In this document: piece after piece, positions 10,211 through 20,417 of the stretch
Layout: every line of letters starts with the position of its first letter
Position numbering within the stretch: position 1 is the stretch's first letter
Assembly (NCBI GenBank): GCA_905235535.1
Contig: CAJOLS010000004.1
Coordinates: 1 to 50,677 of the forward strand
Length of the DNA stretch: 50,677 nt
Direction of reading: 5' to 3'
Source: an uncultured Bacteroidales bacterium
GTDB lineage: Bacteria; Bacteroidota; Bacteroidia; Bacteroidales; UBA932
Made by a program: the position numbers and the translations under genes
The notes under the pieces: generated by a model
The model's database searches: none
What the model saw: the letters and a program-made list of their open reading frames with translations, nothing else
Told to the model about the DNA's origin: nothing

Positions 10211-10389
10211 AAAACTTTATTGTACATTTTTGTCCATTATTAGTACTATTTCAACTTTGTTTTTCCAACGTTTTTCATTTGTAAAATATTTTTAGGTATC
10301 TTAGTAGTGTTTTTCGGGAAACCGTGAAAACCACACATTGCAACACATACACTAACAACATTACTAATTTTTTCCAACTGTTCCAAAAC

Positions 10390-13300
10390 ATGAAAAGCAA
10401 ACTTCTTGCTTCTCTGATGATTTTGTTCCTTGGCGTGACGGCCATGGCTCAGACAGTCCGGATTTCCGGTACGGTTGTGGATGCCATCGGCCCCGTCATC
10501 GGTGCAAGCATCATTGAAAGCGGCACCCAAAATGGTGCCATCACTGGTTTGGATGGTGATTTCTCTCTGCTCGTCAAGCCTGGCGCCAGCATTGAAATTT
10601 CATCCATCGGTTACAAGACTCAGGTGATTGCGATTGGGGACCAGACGGTTTTCAACGTAGTGCTTGAGGAGGACACCGAGCTTCTCGAGGAAGTGGTGGT
10701 GGTAGGTTACGGCGTTCAGAAAAAGAAGCTCGTGACCGGATCCACCGTCCAGGTGAAGGGGGACGATCTGGCCAAGATCAACTCCACCAGCGCCCTGGGC
10801 GCCATGCAGGCTTCCACTCCCGGTGTCAGCATCATGGCCTCCAACGGCCAGCCCGGTTCAGGCTACAACGTGAACATCCGCGGTATGGGTACCATCGGTT
10901 CCTACGCACCTCTGTACGTGATTGACGGGGTTACCGGCGGTGACATCAACGCCCTGAACCCGAGTGATATCGAGAGCATCGACGTCCTTAAGGACGCTGC
11001 GTCCTGCGCCATCTACGGCGCCCGTGGCGCCAACGGCGTCATCCTGGTGACCACCAAGCAGGGCAAGGCCGGCAAGTACACCGTTACTTATGACGGCTTC
11101 TACGGTGTCCAGAATGTCCAGAAGATGCCCCAGTTCCTGAACGCCCAGCAATACATGGACATCCAGGACCAAGTGAGCTTCAACATGGGCAAGGACCCCA
11201 TCGACTGGAAGGGCATCCTGAATCCCGCTCTCTACAACAGCATCAAGGACGGTTCCTTCCAGGGCACCGACTGGCTGGACGCCATCCGCAACCAGAATGC
11301 ACCCAACACCAACCACGCCGTAAATATCGTGGGTGGTTCCGACAGGTCCAAGTTCTCCATGGGTGTCAGCTACACCAACCAGCAGGGTATCTTCGGCAAA
11401 CCGGTCGCTTCCAACTACAAGCGTGTCACTGTCCGTCTCAACTCCGACCACGTGCTCTGGAGAAAAGACGACCTGGATATCATCACCGTTGGTGAGAACA
11501 TGACCTTCAACTCCAACCAGCGCGGCGGTATCGGTACCGGCAACCATTACTGGAACGACGTGTACAACATGATGTCCGCCAACCCGCTGGTTCCCATCTA
11601 CCAGAGCGACGGTTCCTACACGGAATACGACTGGCTGAACCAGAGCGGCATCTGGGCCCTGGATCCTTATACCAGCAACCCCATCGCCGGTATGGTATAT
11701 TCCTCCCGCGGCAACAACGACACCCACGGCTACGGACTCAACCTGTCTGCCAACCTCCGCGTACAGCCCATCAAGGGCCTCACCTGGAAGAGCCAGTTCA
11801 ACTACAAGATGAGCTCCGGCACCTATCGCCAGTACAGCCTTTCCTACAAGCTCACCAACTATGCCTTCGCAGACACTGACATCGTGAGCCAGAGCGCCTA
11901 CGCAGGCTGGAGCTGGTCCTGGGAGAACACCGTCAACTACATCTTCAACATCGCCCGGGATCATCACTTCGACGTCCTTGTGGGCAGCACCCTGGAGCAC
12001 AGCGGCTTCGGGGAAAGCGTGAACGCCCAGAACAGCGGCGTCCTGTGGCCCAACATGTGGCAGTATGCCTATGTCGGCAACACCAACGGAACGCCTTCCC
12101 TCACAGATATCGGCGGTTCCACCTGGGGCGACAGCGGCCTTGCTTCCTTCTTCGGCCGTATCAACTACGACTACAAGGAGAAATACATGCTCTCCCTGAT
12201 TCTCCGCCGGGACGGCTCCTCCAACTTCATGCGCGGACACCGCTGGGGCACCTTCCCGTCCATATCCGCCGGCTGGGTCGCCTCCAATGAAGACTGGTGG
12301 AACGTCAGCTTCATCAACTTCTTCAAGCTGCGCGGCAGCTGGGGCCAGAACGGTAACTGCAACGTTGACAACTTCCAGTACCTGTCCACCATCTCCGTAG
12401 GTGCGGCCGACGGCGGCTACTCCTTCTACACCGGCCCCACCGCCACCAATTCCGGCACCGGCGCCTATGCCGACAAGCTCGCGAATCCCGACATCACCTG
12501 GGAGACCTCCCAGCAGCTGGACCTCGGTTTTGACGCCCGCCTGTTCGGCAGCCGCCTGAACGTGGCCTTCGACTGGTATCAGAAAGACACCAAGAACTGG
12601 CTGGTGAACGCCCCCATCATGGGTCACTTCGGCGCCAACGCCCCGTATATCAACGGCGGTGACGTCCGCAACTCCGGTGTGGAGCTCGCGCTCAACTGGA
12701 GCGATGCGGTCAACCAGGACTTCTCCTACTCCATCGGTGTCAACGGCGCTTACAACAAGAACCGCGTCACCCGTATCGCCAACGACGAAGGGATTATCCA
12801 CGGTCAGGGCAGCGTGGTGCAGGGTATCGCCGAAATGTACCGTGCACAGGTGGGCTACCCTATCGGTTACTTCTGGACCTACAAGACTGAAGGCGTGTTC
12901 CAGAACCAGGCCGAGATTGACGCCTGGAAAGCCCAGGGTCTCGGCACCATCGTAGAAGATGTTGTCCCCGGAGACCTCAAGTTCTCCGACATCAACAAGG
13001 ACGGTGCAATCAACGACGCCGACAAGACCATGACCGGTGATCCCAATCCGGACTTCAACCTGGGTCTGAACTTCTCCATCTACTTCAAGGGATTCGACCT
13101 GGGAGTGAGCGGTTACGGCATGTTCGGCCAGCAGGTGTTCCGCGCCTATCGCCGCTACACCGACAGCCAGTGGAACAATTACACCACCGAAGTTTACAAC
13201 TACTGGCACGGCGAGGGAACTTCCAACCATTTCCCGCGTCTGGTTGCAGGTACCAACTACAACTTCATGAACAACTCCGACATTTTCATTGAGAATGCCG

Positions 13301-13542
13301 ACTTCTTCCGTATCCAGACCATCACCCTCGGCTACGACTTCAAGCGCATCTGGAAGAACGCCCCGTTCGGTCAGTGCCACCTGTACATACAGGCGCAGAA
13401 CCCGTTCTGCTTCACCAAGTACAAGGGCATGGATCCTGAGGTGGGTACCTCTTCCGGCTTCGACGGATGGGCCAAGGGCATAGACCTGGGTTACTATCCG
13501 CAGGCCAAGAGCTTCCTTGTGGGTCTCAATCTTAAATTTTAA
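10390..13542 (+). CDS. susC: SusC-like TonB-dependent transporter
   Basis: LEEVVVVGYG, PLYVIDG, DIESIDVLKDAASCAIYGARGANGVILVTTK and C-terminal Phe. Start trimmed to MKSKLL. Confidence 0.96.
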   Translation: MKSKLLASLMILFLGVTAMAQTVRISGTVVDAIGPVIGASIIESGTQNGAITGLDGDFSLLVKPGASIEISSIGYKTQVIAIGDQTVFNVVLEEDTELLEEVVVVGYGVQKKKLVTGSTVQVKGDDLAKINSTSALGAMQASTPGVSIMASNGQPGSGYNVNIRGMGTIGSYAPLYVIDGVTGGDINALNPSDIESIDVLKDAASCAIYGARGANGVILVTTKQGKAGKYTVTYDGFYGVQNVQKMPQFLNAQQYMDIQDQVSFNMGKDPIDWKGILNPALYNSIKDGSFQGTDWLDAIRNQNAPNTNHAVNIVGGSDRSKFSMGVSYTNQQGIFGKPVASNYKRVTVRLNSDHVLWRKDDLDIITVGENMTFNSNQRGGIGTGNHYWNDVYNMMSANPLVPIYQSDGSYTEYDWLNQSGIWALDPYTSNPIAGMVYSSRGNNDTHGYGLNLSANLRVQPIKGLTWKSQFNYKMSSGTYRQYSLSYKLTNYAFADTDIVSQSAYAGWSWSWENTVNYIFNIARDHHFDVLVGSTLEHSGFGESVNAQNSGVLWPNMWQYAYVGNTNGTPSLTDIGGSTWGDSGLASFFGRINYDYKEKYMLSLILRRDGSSNFMRGHRWGTFPSISAGWVASNEDWWNVSFINFFKLRGSWGQNGNCNVDNFQYLSTISVGAADGGYSFYTGPTATNSGTGAYADKLANPDITWETSQQLDLGFDARLFGSRLNVAFDWYQKDTKNWLVNAPIMGHFGANAPYINGGDVRNSGVELALNWSDAVNQDFSYSIGVNGAYNKNRVTRIANDEGIIHGQGSVVQGIAEMYRAQVGYPIGYFWTYKTEGVFQNQAEIDAWKAQGLGTIVEDVVPGDLKFSDINKDGAINDADKTMTGDPNPDFNLGLNFSIYFKGFDLGVSGYGMFGQQVFRAYRRYTDSQWNNYTTEVYNYWHGEGTSNHFPRLVAGTNYNFMNNSDIFIENADFFRIQTITLGYDFKRIWKNAPFGQCHLYIQAQNPFCFTKYKGMDPEVGTSSGFDGWAKGIDLGYYPQAKSFLVGLNLKF

Positions 13543-13556
13543 TTCGGGCGACTGAT

Positions 13557-15344
13557 ATGAAAAAGATATTCAACCTTGCAGCTCTTGCTGCCATTGCCCT
13601 TTCCTTTGCCTCCTGCGAGTCCTTCCTGGATACCACCAACTACTGGTCCAAGGACAGCAGCAACTTCCCGGTGAACGCAACCGATGCCGAGCAGATGATT
13701 GCCGGTATCTACAACAACCTGAACGTTGCCATCGGCAACAACCCGCACGTCAACCACTTCCTGTGGTCTGTGGCGGCTTCGGACGACGCCCTGGGCGGCG
13801 GCGGCCAGAACGACCAGACCATGCAGGCGGAAGACCTCCTGCTGAACTTCGGCACGGACATGTTCAACGATTTCTACACCATCCGTTATAAAGGTATTGC
13901 GCGCGCGAATGCCGCCATTGAAGCTCTGCCCAACTGCGGTGTGGAAGACAAACTCAACCAGTTCATGGGTGAGGCCTTCTTCCTCCGTGCCTGGTACTAT
14001 TACGAACTGGCCTCCCTGTTCGGCAACATCCCCTGCCCCGTGTCCACCCAGGCCGATGCCACCCAGCCCCAGATTAGCGGCGAAGCCCTCTGGGGACAGA
14101 TTATCGAGGACTGCAAGATTGCGGCCGACATCATGCCCGCCAAGCAGGCCAGCGGAGACGGCCATGTGGACAAATACGCTGCCGAGGCCCTCATGGGCCG
14201 CGCCTATCTGTTCGCTTCCGGCTTCTACGGCCTCACGGACATTACGCTTCCCGCCTATTCCAACGAGGCCATCCACGTGGACATAGCCGAGGGAACCAAG
14301 ATTACCAAAGCCGAAGTGGGCTCCTACATTACCGACTGCGTCAACAACTCCGGTTACACCCTGGTGGACGACTACCACAACCTGTGGGCCTACACCAACC
14401 GCTGCACCATCGAAGACCCCAAGAACCCCTGGTCCGGCAACGGCTACAAGTGGGTGGAGGACGACGGTGCCCGCAACCCCGAGGCCCTGTTCGTGATTAA
14501 GTTCAACACCCAGCCTTCCTGGAGCACCACCATCGGCTACTCCAACCAGACCTGCCTGTTCCTGGGTGTCCGTGGACAAAGCCTGGACAACGGCGAATGC
14601 CTGCCCTTCGGTACAGGCTGGGGCATGTGCCCGGTGAACCCCTCGCTGGTCTCCGACTGGAAAGCCATAGAACCCAACGACACCCGCCTGGACGCCTCCA
14701 TCATTTCCGTGGACAAATTCAGCGGAGCCTATGTGTTTGGCGGCGACTCCAACATCCAGGAGTCCGGTTACTATCAGACCAAGAACATGCCGGTCATGGC
14801 TTATAGCGAAGAGCAGGGCAAATACATGAAGTCCTTCACCAACGTGATGTTCCCGGATCTGGTATGGTCCTCCGGCAATGAGGACAACTTCCAGCTCAAC
14901 TGCGTGAACGACATGGTGATGCTCCGCTTTGCCGAGGTGCTTCTGATGGATGCCGAGATTAACGGCAGCCAGGCTTCCTTCGACCGGGTCCGCAACCGCG
15001 CCGGCCTGCCCAGCAAGCCGCTGAACGATGAGAATCTCCGCAACGAGCGCCGCTGGGAGCTGGCCTTCGAAGGCATCCGCTTCAACGACATGCGCCGCTA
15101 CGGAGAGGCCTATGCAGTGGCCGCCCTGGACAAACAGGAAGGCGTGAAAGTCTGGAACAGCGGCGTGGAAGGCACGAACAACGCTTCCAAGTACAATGGC
15201 GGTTATGGCAATCGCTATAAAGCCACCAAGGGCTTCGTCGCCCTCCCCAGCAGCCAGATTTCCCTCTCTGCAGGAGCCGGCGAGCAGTACAAGTTCACCC
15301 AGAACGAAGGGTGGGGTGCCAGTTTTGATTTCCCCGGCTGGTAG
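13557..15344 (+). CDS. susD: SusD/RagB-like lipoprotein
   Basis: Lipobox FASC; GEAFFLRAWYY, LRFAEVLL, VRNRAG and ERRWELAFEG motifs; directly follows susC. Confidence 0.95.
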   Translation: MKKIFNLAALAAIALSFASCESFLDTTNYWSKDSSNFPVNATDAEQMIAGIYNNLNVAIGNNPHVNHFLWSVAASDDALGGGGQNDQTMQAEDLLLNFGTDMFNDFYTIRYKGIARANAAIEALPNCGVEDKLNQFMGEAFFLRAWYYYELASLFGNIPCPVSTQADATQPQISGEALWGQIIEDCKIAADIMPAKQASGDGHVDKYAAEALMGRAYLFASGFYGLTDITLPAYSNEAIHVDIAEGTKITKAEVGSYITDCVNNSGYTLVDDYHNLWAYTNRCTIEDPKNPWSGNGYKWVEDDGARNPEALFVIKFNTQPSWSTTIGYSNQTCLFLGVRGQSLDNGECLPFGTGWGMCPVNPSLVSDWKAIEPNDTRLDASIISVDKFSGAYVFGGDSNIQESGYYQTKNMPVMAYSEEQGKYMKSFTNVMFPDLVWSSGNEDNFQLNCVNDMVMLRFAEVLLMDAEINGSQASFDRVRNRAGLPSKPLNDENLRNERRWELAFEGIRFNDMRRYGEAYAVAALDKQEGVKVWNSGVEGTNNASKYNGGYGNRYKATKGFVALPSSQISLSAGAGEQYKFTQNEGWGASFDFPGW

Positions 15345-15377
15345 CAGTTCCTCCTTACTAAAAAAATGAAATGAATT

Positions 15378-16859
15378 ATGAAGAAAATCATTTATTTCTC
15401 CATGGCTGCCATCGCGGGTGCACTCCTTGTTTCGTGCAATCCTGTCGTGCTGAAGGGCCCCGAGGCCAGCGCCCCCGTTGCATCCAGTGAGCTTGCGAGC
15501 GCATTCCAATTGGATGGCCAGTTTGCCGATGCCGCCTGCACCATTCCGCAGGAGGACGGCAACTATATCAAATTCCATACTTCTCCCGCCCGTACCGTGC
15601 AGGTTTACAACTTCAAGACGGACGGTTCCAAGAACGTCCTCGCCACCGGCGCCTCCGGCGTATTCAACATTACGCCCCGTCGCGGCCAGGATTCCCAACA
15701 GGCTTTCGGCGTGTCCACCATCAACCAGGACGCTTCGGTTGTCTCCTTCGAGTCTTACGTCAACGTGTTTGTCCCTGCAGACCTCGCCCCCGAGGTGAAG
15801 GTGCTCACCGGTGAATCCGGCGCCAAGGCCTGGAAGTGGTACACCATTGACGGAGCTTGCTGGGGCAATGCCGGTTACATCGGCGATGCCGGCCACGGCG
15901 CCAATGTGGCTGCCGGTGAAATCCCCGGCAAGTGGTGGGGCTGCCCGCCCGAAGATTTGGAAACCGAGCAGATTGACCACACCGGCGGTATCGTTTACGG
16001 TTACGGAGATCCCAATGCCTACATGATCTTCAACGAGGACGGGGACTGCATCTCCTACACTGCTGACGGGCAGGTGATTGCCAAGGGCAGTTACCAGCTG
16101 AAGAACTATGATCCCGAAGGCTCTGACGGCTACCACTACGGCACCCTCGTCACCACGGACGCTCCCATCCTGATGCCGTTTATCATCAACACCGGCGGCC
16201 AGCGTGCCAACGAGTTCGACGTAGTCTATGTAGATCCCAATATGCTCTCTCTGGTCTGCGCCAACGGGAACGGCACCTGGAGTTGGTCGGAATGCACCTG
16301 GTGGCGTTTCAAGAACGCTTCCGATGCCGATGCCGCCCTTGCAGGCGACGGCGAGCGTGCCTGGACCTGGAATGCGATTGACGGAGCCACCTGGGGCAAC
16401 GCCGGCTACATCGGAGATCCCGGCCATGGCGCCAACCTCGCTGCCGGCGAAATTCCCGGCAAATGGTGGGGTTGCGTCCCCGAAGATCTGGAGACCGAAC
16501 AGAAACAGCATGCAGGCGGCAACGCCTACGGTTATGGCAGCAGCGATGCCTACATGGTCTTCGACAGCATCAACGGCACGGTTACCTCCTATGACGAGAG
16601 CGGCTCCAAGATCAAGTCCTCCGCGTATTCCGTGGATAACTTCGATTTCAGCACCACGGGCTACCCGATGGGTACCCTCACAACCGGCGCTGATTCCGGT
16701 ATCCTCTTCCCCTTCATCATCAATTCGGACGGCAACATTGCCTCCGAGTATGAGATTGTCTATCTGGACGGAACGCTCATGACCCTGATTGTTCCCAACG
16801 GACAGACGGCATGGAGCTGGGGCGAGTGCACCTGGTGGAGATTCCAACCCGTGAAGTAA
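15378..16859 (+). CDS. SusE-positioned surface glycan-binding lipoprotein with two tandem Trp-rich domains
   Basis: Lipobox LVSC; follows susD; two 177-aa repeats (WGNAGYIGD...GEIPGKWWGC...ECTWWRF). Confidence 0.75.
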   Translation: MKKIIYFSMAAIAGALLVSCNPVVLKGPEASAPVASSELASAFQLDGQFADAACTIPQEDGNYIKFHTSPARTVQVYNFKTDGSKNVLATGASGVFNITPRRGQDSQQAFGVSTINQDASVVSFESYVNVFVPADLAPEVKVLTGESGAKAWKWYTIDGACWGNAGYIGDAGHGANVAAGEIPGKWWGCPPEDLETEQIDHTGGIVYGYGDPNAYMIFNEDGDCISYTADGQVIAKGSYQLKNYDPEGSDGYHYGTLVTTDAPILMPFIINTGGQRANEFDVVYVDPNMLSLVCANGNGTWSWSECTWWRFKNASDADAALAGDGERAWTWNAIDGATWGNAGYIGDPGHGANLAAGEIPGKWWGCVPEDLETEQKQHAGGNAYGYGSSDAYMVFDSINGTVTSYDESGSKIKSSAYSVDNFDFSTTGYPMGTLTTGADSGILFPFIINSDGNIASEYEIVYLDGTLMTLIVPNGQTAWSWGECTWWRFQPVK

Positions 16860-16877
16860 TCCTGCGCTTTATTCAAG

Positions 16878-16949
16878 AGGCTGACCAAAAAGTAGATTCC
16901 CCGGCAGGTAAACCTGCCTCAGAATGACTTTTGGTCAGCCTTCTTTTTC
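16878..16949 (+). terminator. Nested hairpin / small inverted-repeat element after the susC-susD-SGBP unit
   Basis: AGGCTGACCAAAA (16878-90) pairs with TTTTGGTCAGCCT (16929-41). Inner stem GGCAGGT-AA-ACCTGCC. T-rich tail follows. Confidence 0.55.
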
Positions 16950-16963
16950 TAAAAATGTTCCTG

Positions 16964-18430
16964 ATGGAAAAAAACTACCGGATTGTCCTGACCTTGCTGC
17001 TGGGCGCAGCTGTGTTCCTGTTTTGGCTGCTCTGTTATCCGCAGGCCCTGTCGTATCAGGAGCAGAACCAGCTCTTCCTGTTCACGTGGGATTATCTGGG
17101 AGAGCGCCTCTCCCTGCCGGGCGGACTGGCCGATTATCTGTCGGAATTCCTGGTACAATTTTTCTATTACAGCTGGGGCGGTGCCCTCGTCATGGCCCTT
17201 TTGGCCATCCTGCTGCAACGCTCACTCTGGTGGGCGGCCCGCAGCGCCGGCCGGGCCGGAGAACGAAGTGCCTATATTCTCACCTTCATCCCCTCCCTGC
17301 TGATGCTGGTGTATATGGGGGACGTGGAGGTTCTGGTCAGTTTTCCCTCGGCACTTCTTCTCTCCATTGCGTTATGCCCCCTGTTTACCGGGGCGGGCTG
17401 GCATTTGCTGTGGCTCATCCCCTTGGGCTGGTGGCTGACTGGTGCCGTCATTGCCGTTCCGGTCCTGGTCACCGTCCTGACCCATTGGAGGAGCATCCGG
17501 GAGTGGGGATTTCTGCTCTACACCGCTCTGGTCTTCCAGGCTGGACATCGGCTGCTTTCTCCACAGTACCCCCCGAAGGAGGCCTGGTTCGGGATTAACT
17601 ACTACCGGTTGGTGGAGACCCTTCCGGCCCTGCAGGTTGTCATTCCCCTGGTCTGCGTCTTCTGCATCCTGGTCTGCGGATACGGCCTGCGCGTGCGCCG
17701 TCCCGTCCTTGCCGGATTGCTGACGACGCTTGTCCTGGCTGCAGGAACGTTTGCCGGGGTGCGGACCACCTACGACCGGGACACCTTCGAGACACTTGCC
17801 TACGATTACCTTATCCGGCACGAGCGCTATACCGATGTGCTCAAGAGGGCCCAGAAATACCAGCCGCGCAACCAGGTGAGTGCCTGTTCCGTGAATTTCT
17901 GCCTTTTCATGAACGGACAGCTACTCTCCAGGATGGACGATTTTTATCAGTGCGGCACTGCCGGACTGGTCCTGCCCAGCATCCGGGACAACCTCTCCGA
18001 CATCACCAGTGCGCGGCTGCTCTGGATGATGGGCATGCCCAACATCACCCTTCAATATTACTTCGACCTGCAGGAGTCCATCCAGAACGGACGCAAAAGC
18101 GGACGCTTCCTCTCCGGCATGGCCGACTGCAACATCGCCAACGGATGGTACGGCCCCGCCGAAAAATACCTGGACCTGCTGGCACACAGTTTGTTCTATC
18201 GGCGCTGGGCCATGGAGAAGAAGGCACTAATCCGGAACGACGCCCTGGTGTCGGCCGATCCGGTTTACGGATACATCCGCCAGGTCCGTTTCCGGGATGA
18301 CTTCATCACCGTTTACGACGGTCTGGACCTGATGATGGGAATCCTCTATAACCAGAACAAGAACAACTTCATGGCAGCAGAGTATTATACCGCATGGCAA
18401 AGGCTGAAAAAGAAGGAGGTGCAACCATGA
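16964..18430 (+). CDS. DUF6057-like multi-TM membrane protein (module 1)
   Basis: YQEQNQLF...PGGLADYLSEFLVQFFYY N-terminal motif, roughly 8 hydrophobic segments, helical C-terminal domain. Paralog of 26167-27900. Confidence 0.8.
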   Translation: MEKNYRIVLTLLLGAAVFLFWLLCYPQALSYQEQNQLFLFTWDYLGERLSLPGGLADYLSEFLVQFFYYSWGGALVMALLAILLQRSLWWAARSAGRAGERSAYILTFIPSLLMLVYMGDVEVLVSFPSALLLSIALCPLFTGAGWHLLWLIPLGWWLTGAVIAVPVLVTVLTHWRSIREWGFLLYTALVFQAGHRLLSPQYPPKEAWFGINYYRLVETLPALQVVIPLVCVFCILVCGYGLRVRRPVLAGLLTTLVLAAGTFAGVRTTYDRDTFETLAYDYLIRHERYTDVLKRAQKYQPRNQVSACSVNFCLFMNGQLLSRMDDFYQCGTAGLVLPSIRDNLSDITSARLLWMMGMPNITLQYYFDLQESIQNGRKSGRFLSGMADCNIANGWYGPAEKYLDLLAHSLFYRRWAMEKKALIRNDALVSADPVYGYIRQVRFRDDFITVYDGLDLMMGILYNQNKNNFMAAEYYTAWQRLKKKEVQP

Positions 18431-19878
18431 GACGATGGCTCCCCGCCCTTGCCGGCCTGCTGCTGCTTGCCGCCTGCAAAGGAAAAACCACCTACGTGGA
18501 AACCCTGCCGGAGATTTATCCTGATTACATCGGCGTCACCATTCCCGTGGACATCGCTCCCATGAATTTCAACCTCCCGGAAGAATATGACAAAGTCTAT
18601 GTCAAAGTGACCGGCAGCCGGGGCGGCGAATTGACCGCACGGGGCGGCTGGGCAGACTTCCCCAAGAAGAAGTGGCGCCGCCTTACGGAACAGAATGCCG
18701 GCGGAACCCTCCTGTTCACGGTCCTGGGCCGAAGGAACGGGCAGTGGACCCAATGGCGCGACTTCATCATGTACGTCAGCGAGGTCCCACTATCCGACTA
18801 CGGCATCACCTACCGGAAGATTGCTCCGGGATATACCACCTACAGCCGCATCGGCCTGTACCAGAGAGATTTGCACAGTTTCCGGGAAGAGCCCATTATT
18901 GAGAGCACCCTCACTCCGGGGCAGTGCGTGGGCTGCCACACCCCCAACGCCGCCCGTCCGTCCCAGTTCCTCTTCCACCTCCGGGGACAGCATGGCGCCA
19001 CCCTCATCCAGCAGGACGGCATGCGGGAATGGGTCACCACCAAGACCGACAGCACCATCGGCAATATGGCCTATTGCTACTGGCATCCGGGCGGACGATG
19101 GCTGGCCGGGTCCATCAATCCCGTACGCCAGTCATTCTGGACAGGCGACGAGCGCGTCATAGAAGTATTCGACCTTGCCTCCGACATCGTAATCATGGAT
19201 ATGAAGGACCATTCCCTCATCGTGGATCCCCGGCTCAACACAAAGGAGTACTTCGAAACCTCGCCCGTATTCACGCCCGACGGCCTGACCCTGTACTTCG
19301 GACGGTCTGAGGCCCATACGGTGCCGGCAGAAACCGAACTGATTCGCTACGACCTGATGCGGGCCAGTTTCAATCCCGAGACCGGCAGGATTGGGACAAT
19401 AGAGACGGTCCTTCCCGCCAGCGGGGAGGGGCACAGCGTGACGTTCCCGCGCCCTTCCTACGATGGCCGCTGGCTGATGTACAATCTCGCCGACTTCAGT
19501 GTATTCCCCATAGACCATAAGGAAGCAGACCTCTGGCTGATGGACCTGGAGACCGGAGAGACCCGGCCTTTGGAAGAGGTGAACAGCCCCTTCTCCGAGA
19601 GTTTCCATTCATGGAGCTCCAACAGCGGCTGGTTCCTGTTTTGCAGCCGCCGGGACGACGGACTCTACGTGCAGGTGTACTTCTCCTCCATCGACCCGCA
19701 GGGGCACTGTACCAAGCCGTTCGTCCTTCCCCAGAAGAATCCCCGCAAATATTATCATAACACGCTCTACTCGTTCAACGTCCCGGACTTCACCCGGGAA
19801 AAGGTGCAGTTCGACACCCGCGGCGTTTACAGGGAAGTATTCTCCGACGAGCGCGTGCAAGCAAGCGTAAAACCATGA
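18427..19878 (+). CDS. TolB/PD40-like beta-propeller lipoprotein with CxxCH motif (module 1)
   Basis: Lipobox LAAC; CVGCH; PD40-like PVFTPDG, PSYDGRW and HSWSSNS. ATGA overlap with the upstream gene. Confidence 0.82.
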   Translation: MRRWLPALAGLLLLAACKGKTTYVETLPEIYPDYIGVTIPVDIAPMNFNLPEEYDKVYVKVTGSRGGELTARGGWADFPKKKWRRLTEQNAGGTLLFTVLGRRNGQWTQWRDFIMYVSEVPLSDYGITYRKIAPGYTTYSRIGLYQRDLHSFREEPIIESTLTPGQCVGCHTPNAARPSQFLFHLRGQHGATLIQQDGMREWVTTKTDSTIGNMAYCYWHPGGRWLAGSINPVRQSFWTGDERVIEVFDLASDIVIMDMKDHSLIVDPRLNTKEYFETSPVFTPDGLTLYFGRSEAHTVPAETELIRYDLMRASFNPETGRIGTIETVLPASGEGHSVTFPRPSYDGRWLMYNLADFSVFPIDHKEADLWLMDLETGETRPLEEVNSPFSESFHSWSSNSGWFLFCSRRDDGLYVQVYFSSIDPQGHCTKPFVLPQKNPRKYYHNTLYSFNVPDFTREKVQFDTRGVYREVFSDERVQASVKP

Positions 19879-20414
19879 AGAAAATATGGACCATAGCCCT
19901 CGCGGGCCTGCTTCTGTGCGCCTGCACAGACAAATCGCAAGAATACCGCATCCACGGACGAATCTCTTCCAAAGACCTGGAAGGCGTTCAGATTTTCCTG
20001 GTTCCCGTAGGGCACGAAGAGCCTTGGAACGTGGATTCGGTCTATATCCGCAACTACGAATTCGCCTTCTCCGGGAAAGAACACCGGATGTGCGAACTCC
20101 GGATTGACAAGTATCACCGGGACAAAGGGCAGAGCCTGCTGGTGGTAACAGAACCCGGGGACATTTACGTCACCATCGGTCCCAACAGCACCGGCGGCGG
20201 AACGCCCCAGAACGACAGCCTCCAGGTCTGGAAGGAGCTCACCTTGCAGGTTAACCAGCAAGATAACATGCTGCGCCGTGCCGGACACCGGGAGGAACTG
20301 GACTCCCTGCGGGCCGCCTACAAGGAGCGCACCCGCGCCATGGCCCGTGCTCTGGGAGAGGACAGCTCCCTGGGAGAGTTCCTGATGAATCTCTATCCCG
20401 CACCTACGGATTAA
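19875..20414 (+). CDS. DUF4369-like lipoprotein, stand-alone
   Basis: Lipobox LCAC; YRIHG...VDS...F.FSG...EPGDI...GTPQNDSLQ pattern. ATGA overlap. Confidence 0.7.
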   Translation: MKKIWTIALAGLLLCACTDKSQEYRIHGRISSKDLEGVQIFLVPVGHEEPWNVDSVYIRNYEFAFSGKEHRMCELRIDKYHRDKGQSLLVVTEPGDIYVTIGPNSTGGGTPQNDSLQVWKELTLQVNQQDNMLRRAGHREELDSLRAAYKERTRAMARALGEDSSLGEFLMNLYPAPTD

Positions 20415-20417
20415 ATT

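Noticed and set aside
15342-15380. Possible TAG readthrough fusing SusD to the in-frame SGBP
   Set aside because: An in-frame TGA lies in the spacer, and the SGBP has its own lipoprotein signal.
13539-16847. 1102-aa minus-strand ORF spanning susD and the SGBP, and the 840-aa ORF opposite susC
   Set aside because: Antisense mirror frame lacking stops because of codon bias. It crosses the gene boundary only because susD and the SGBP share a frame.
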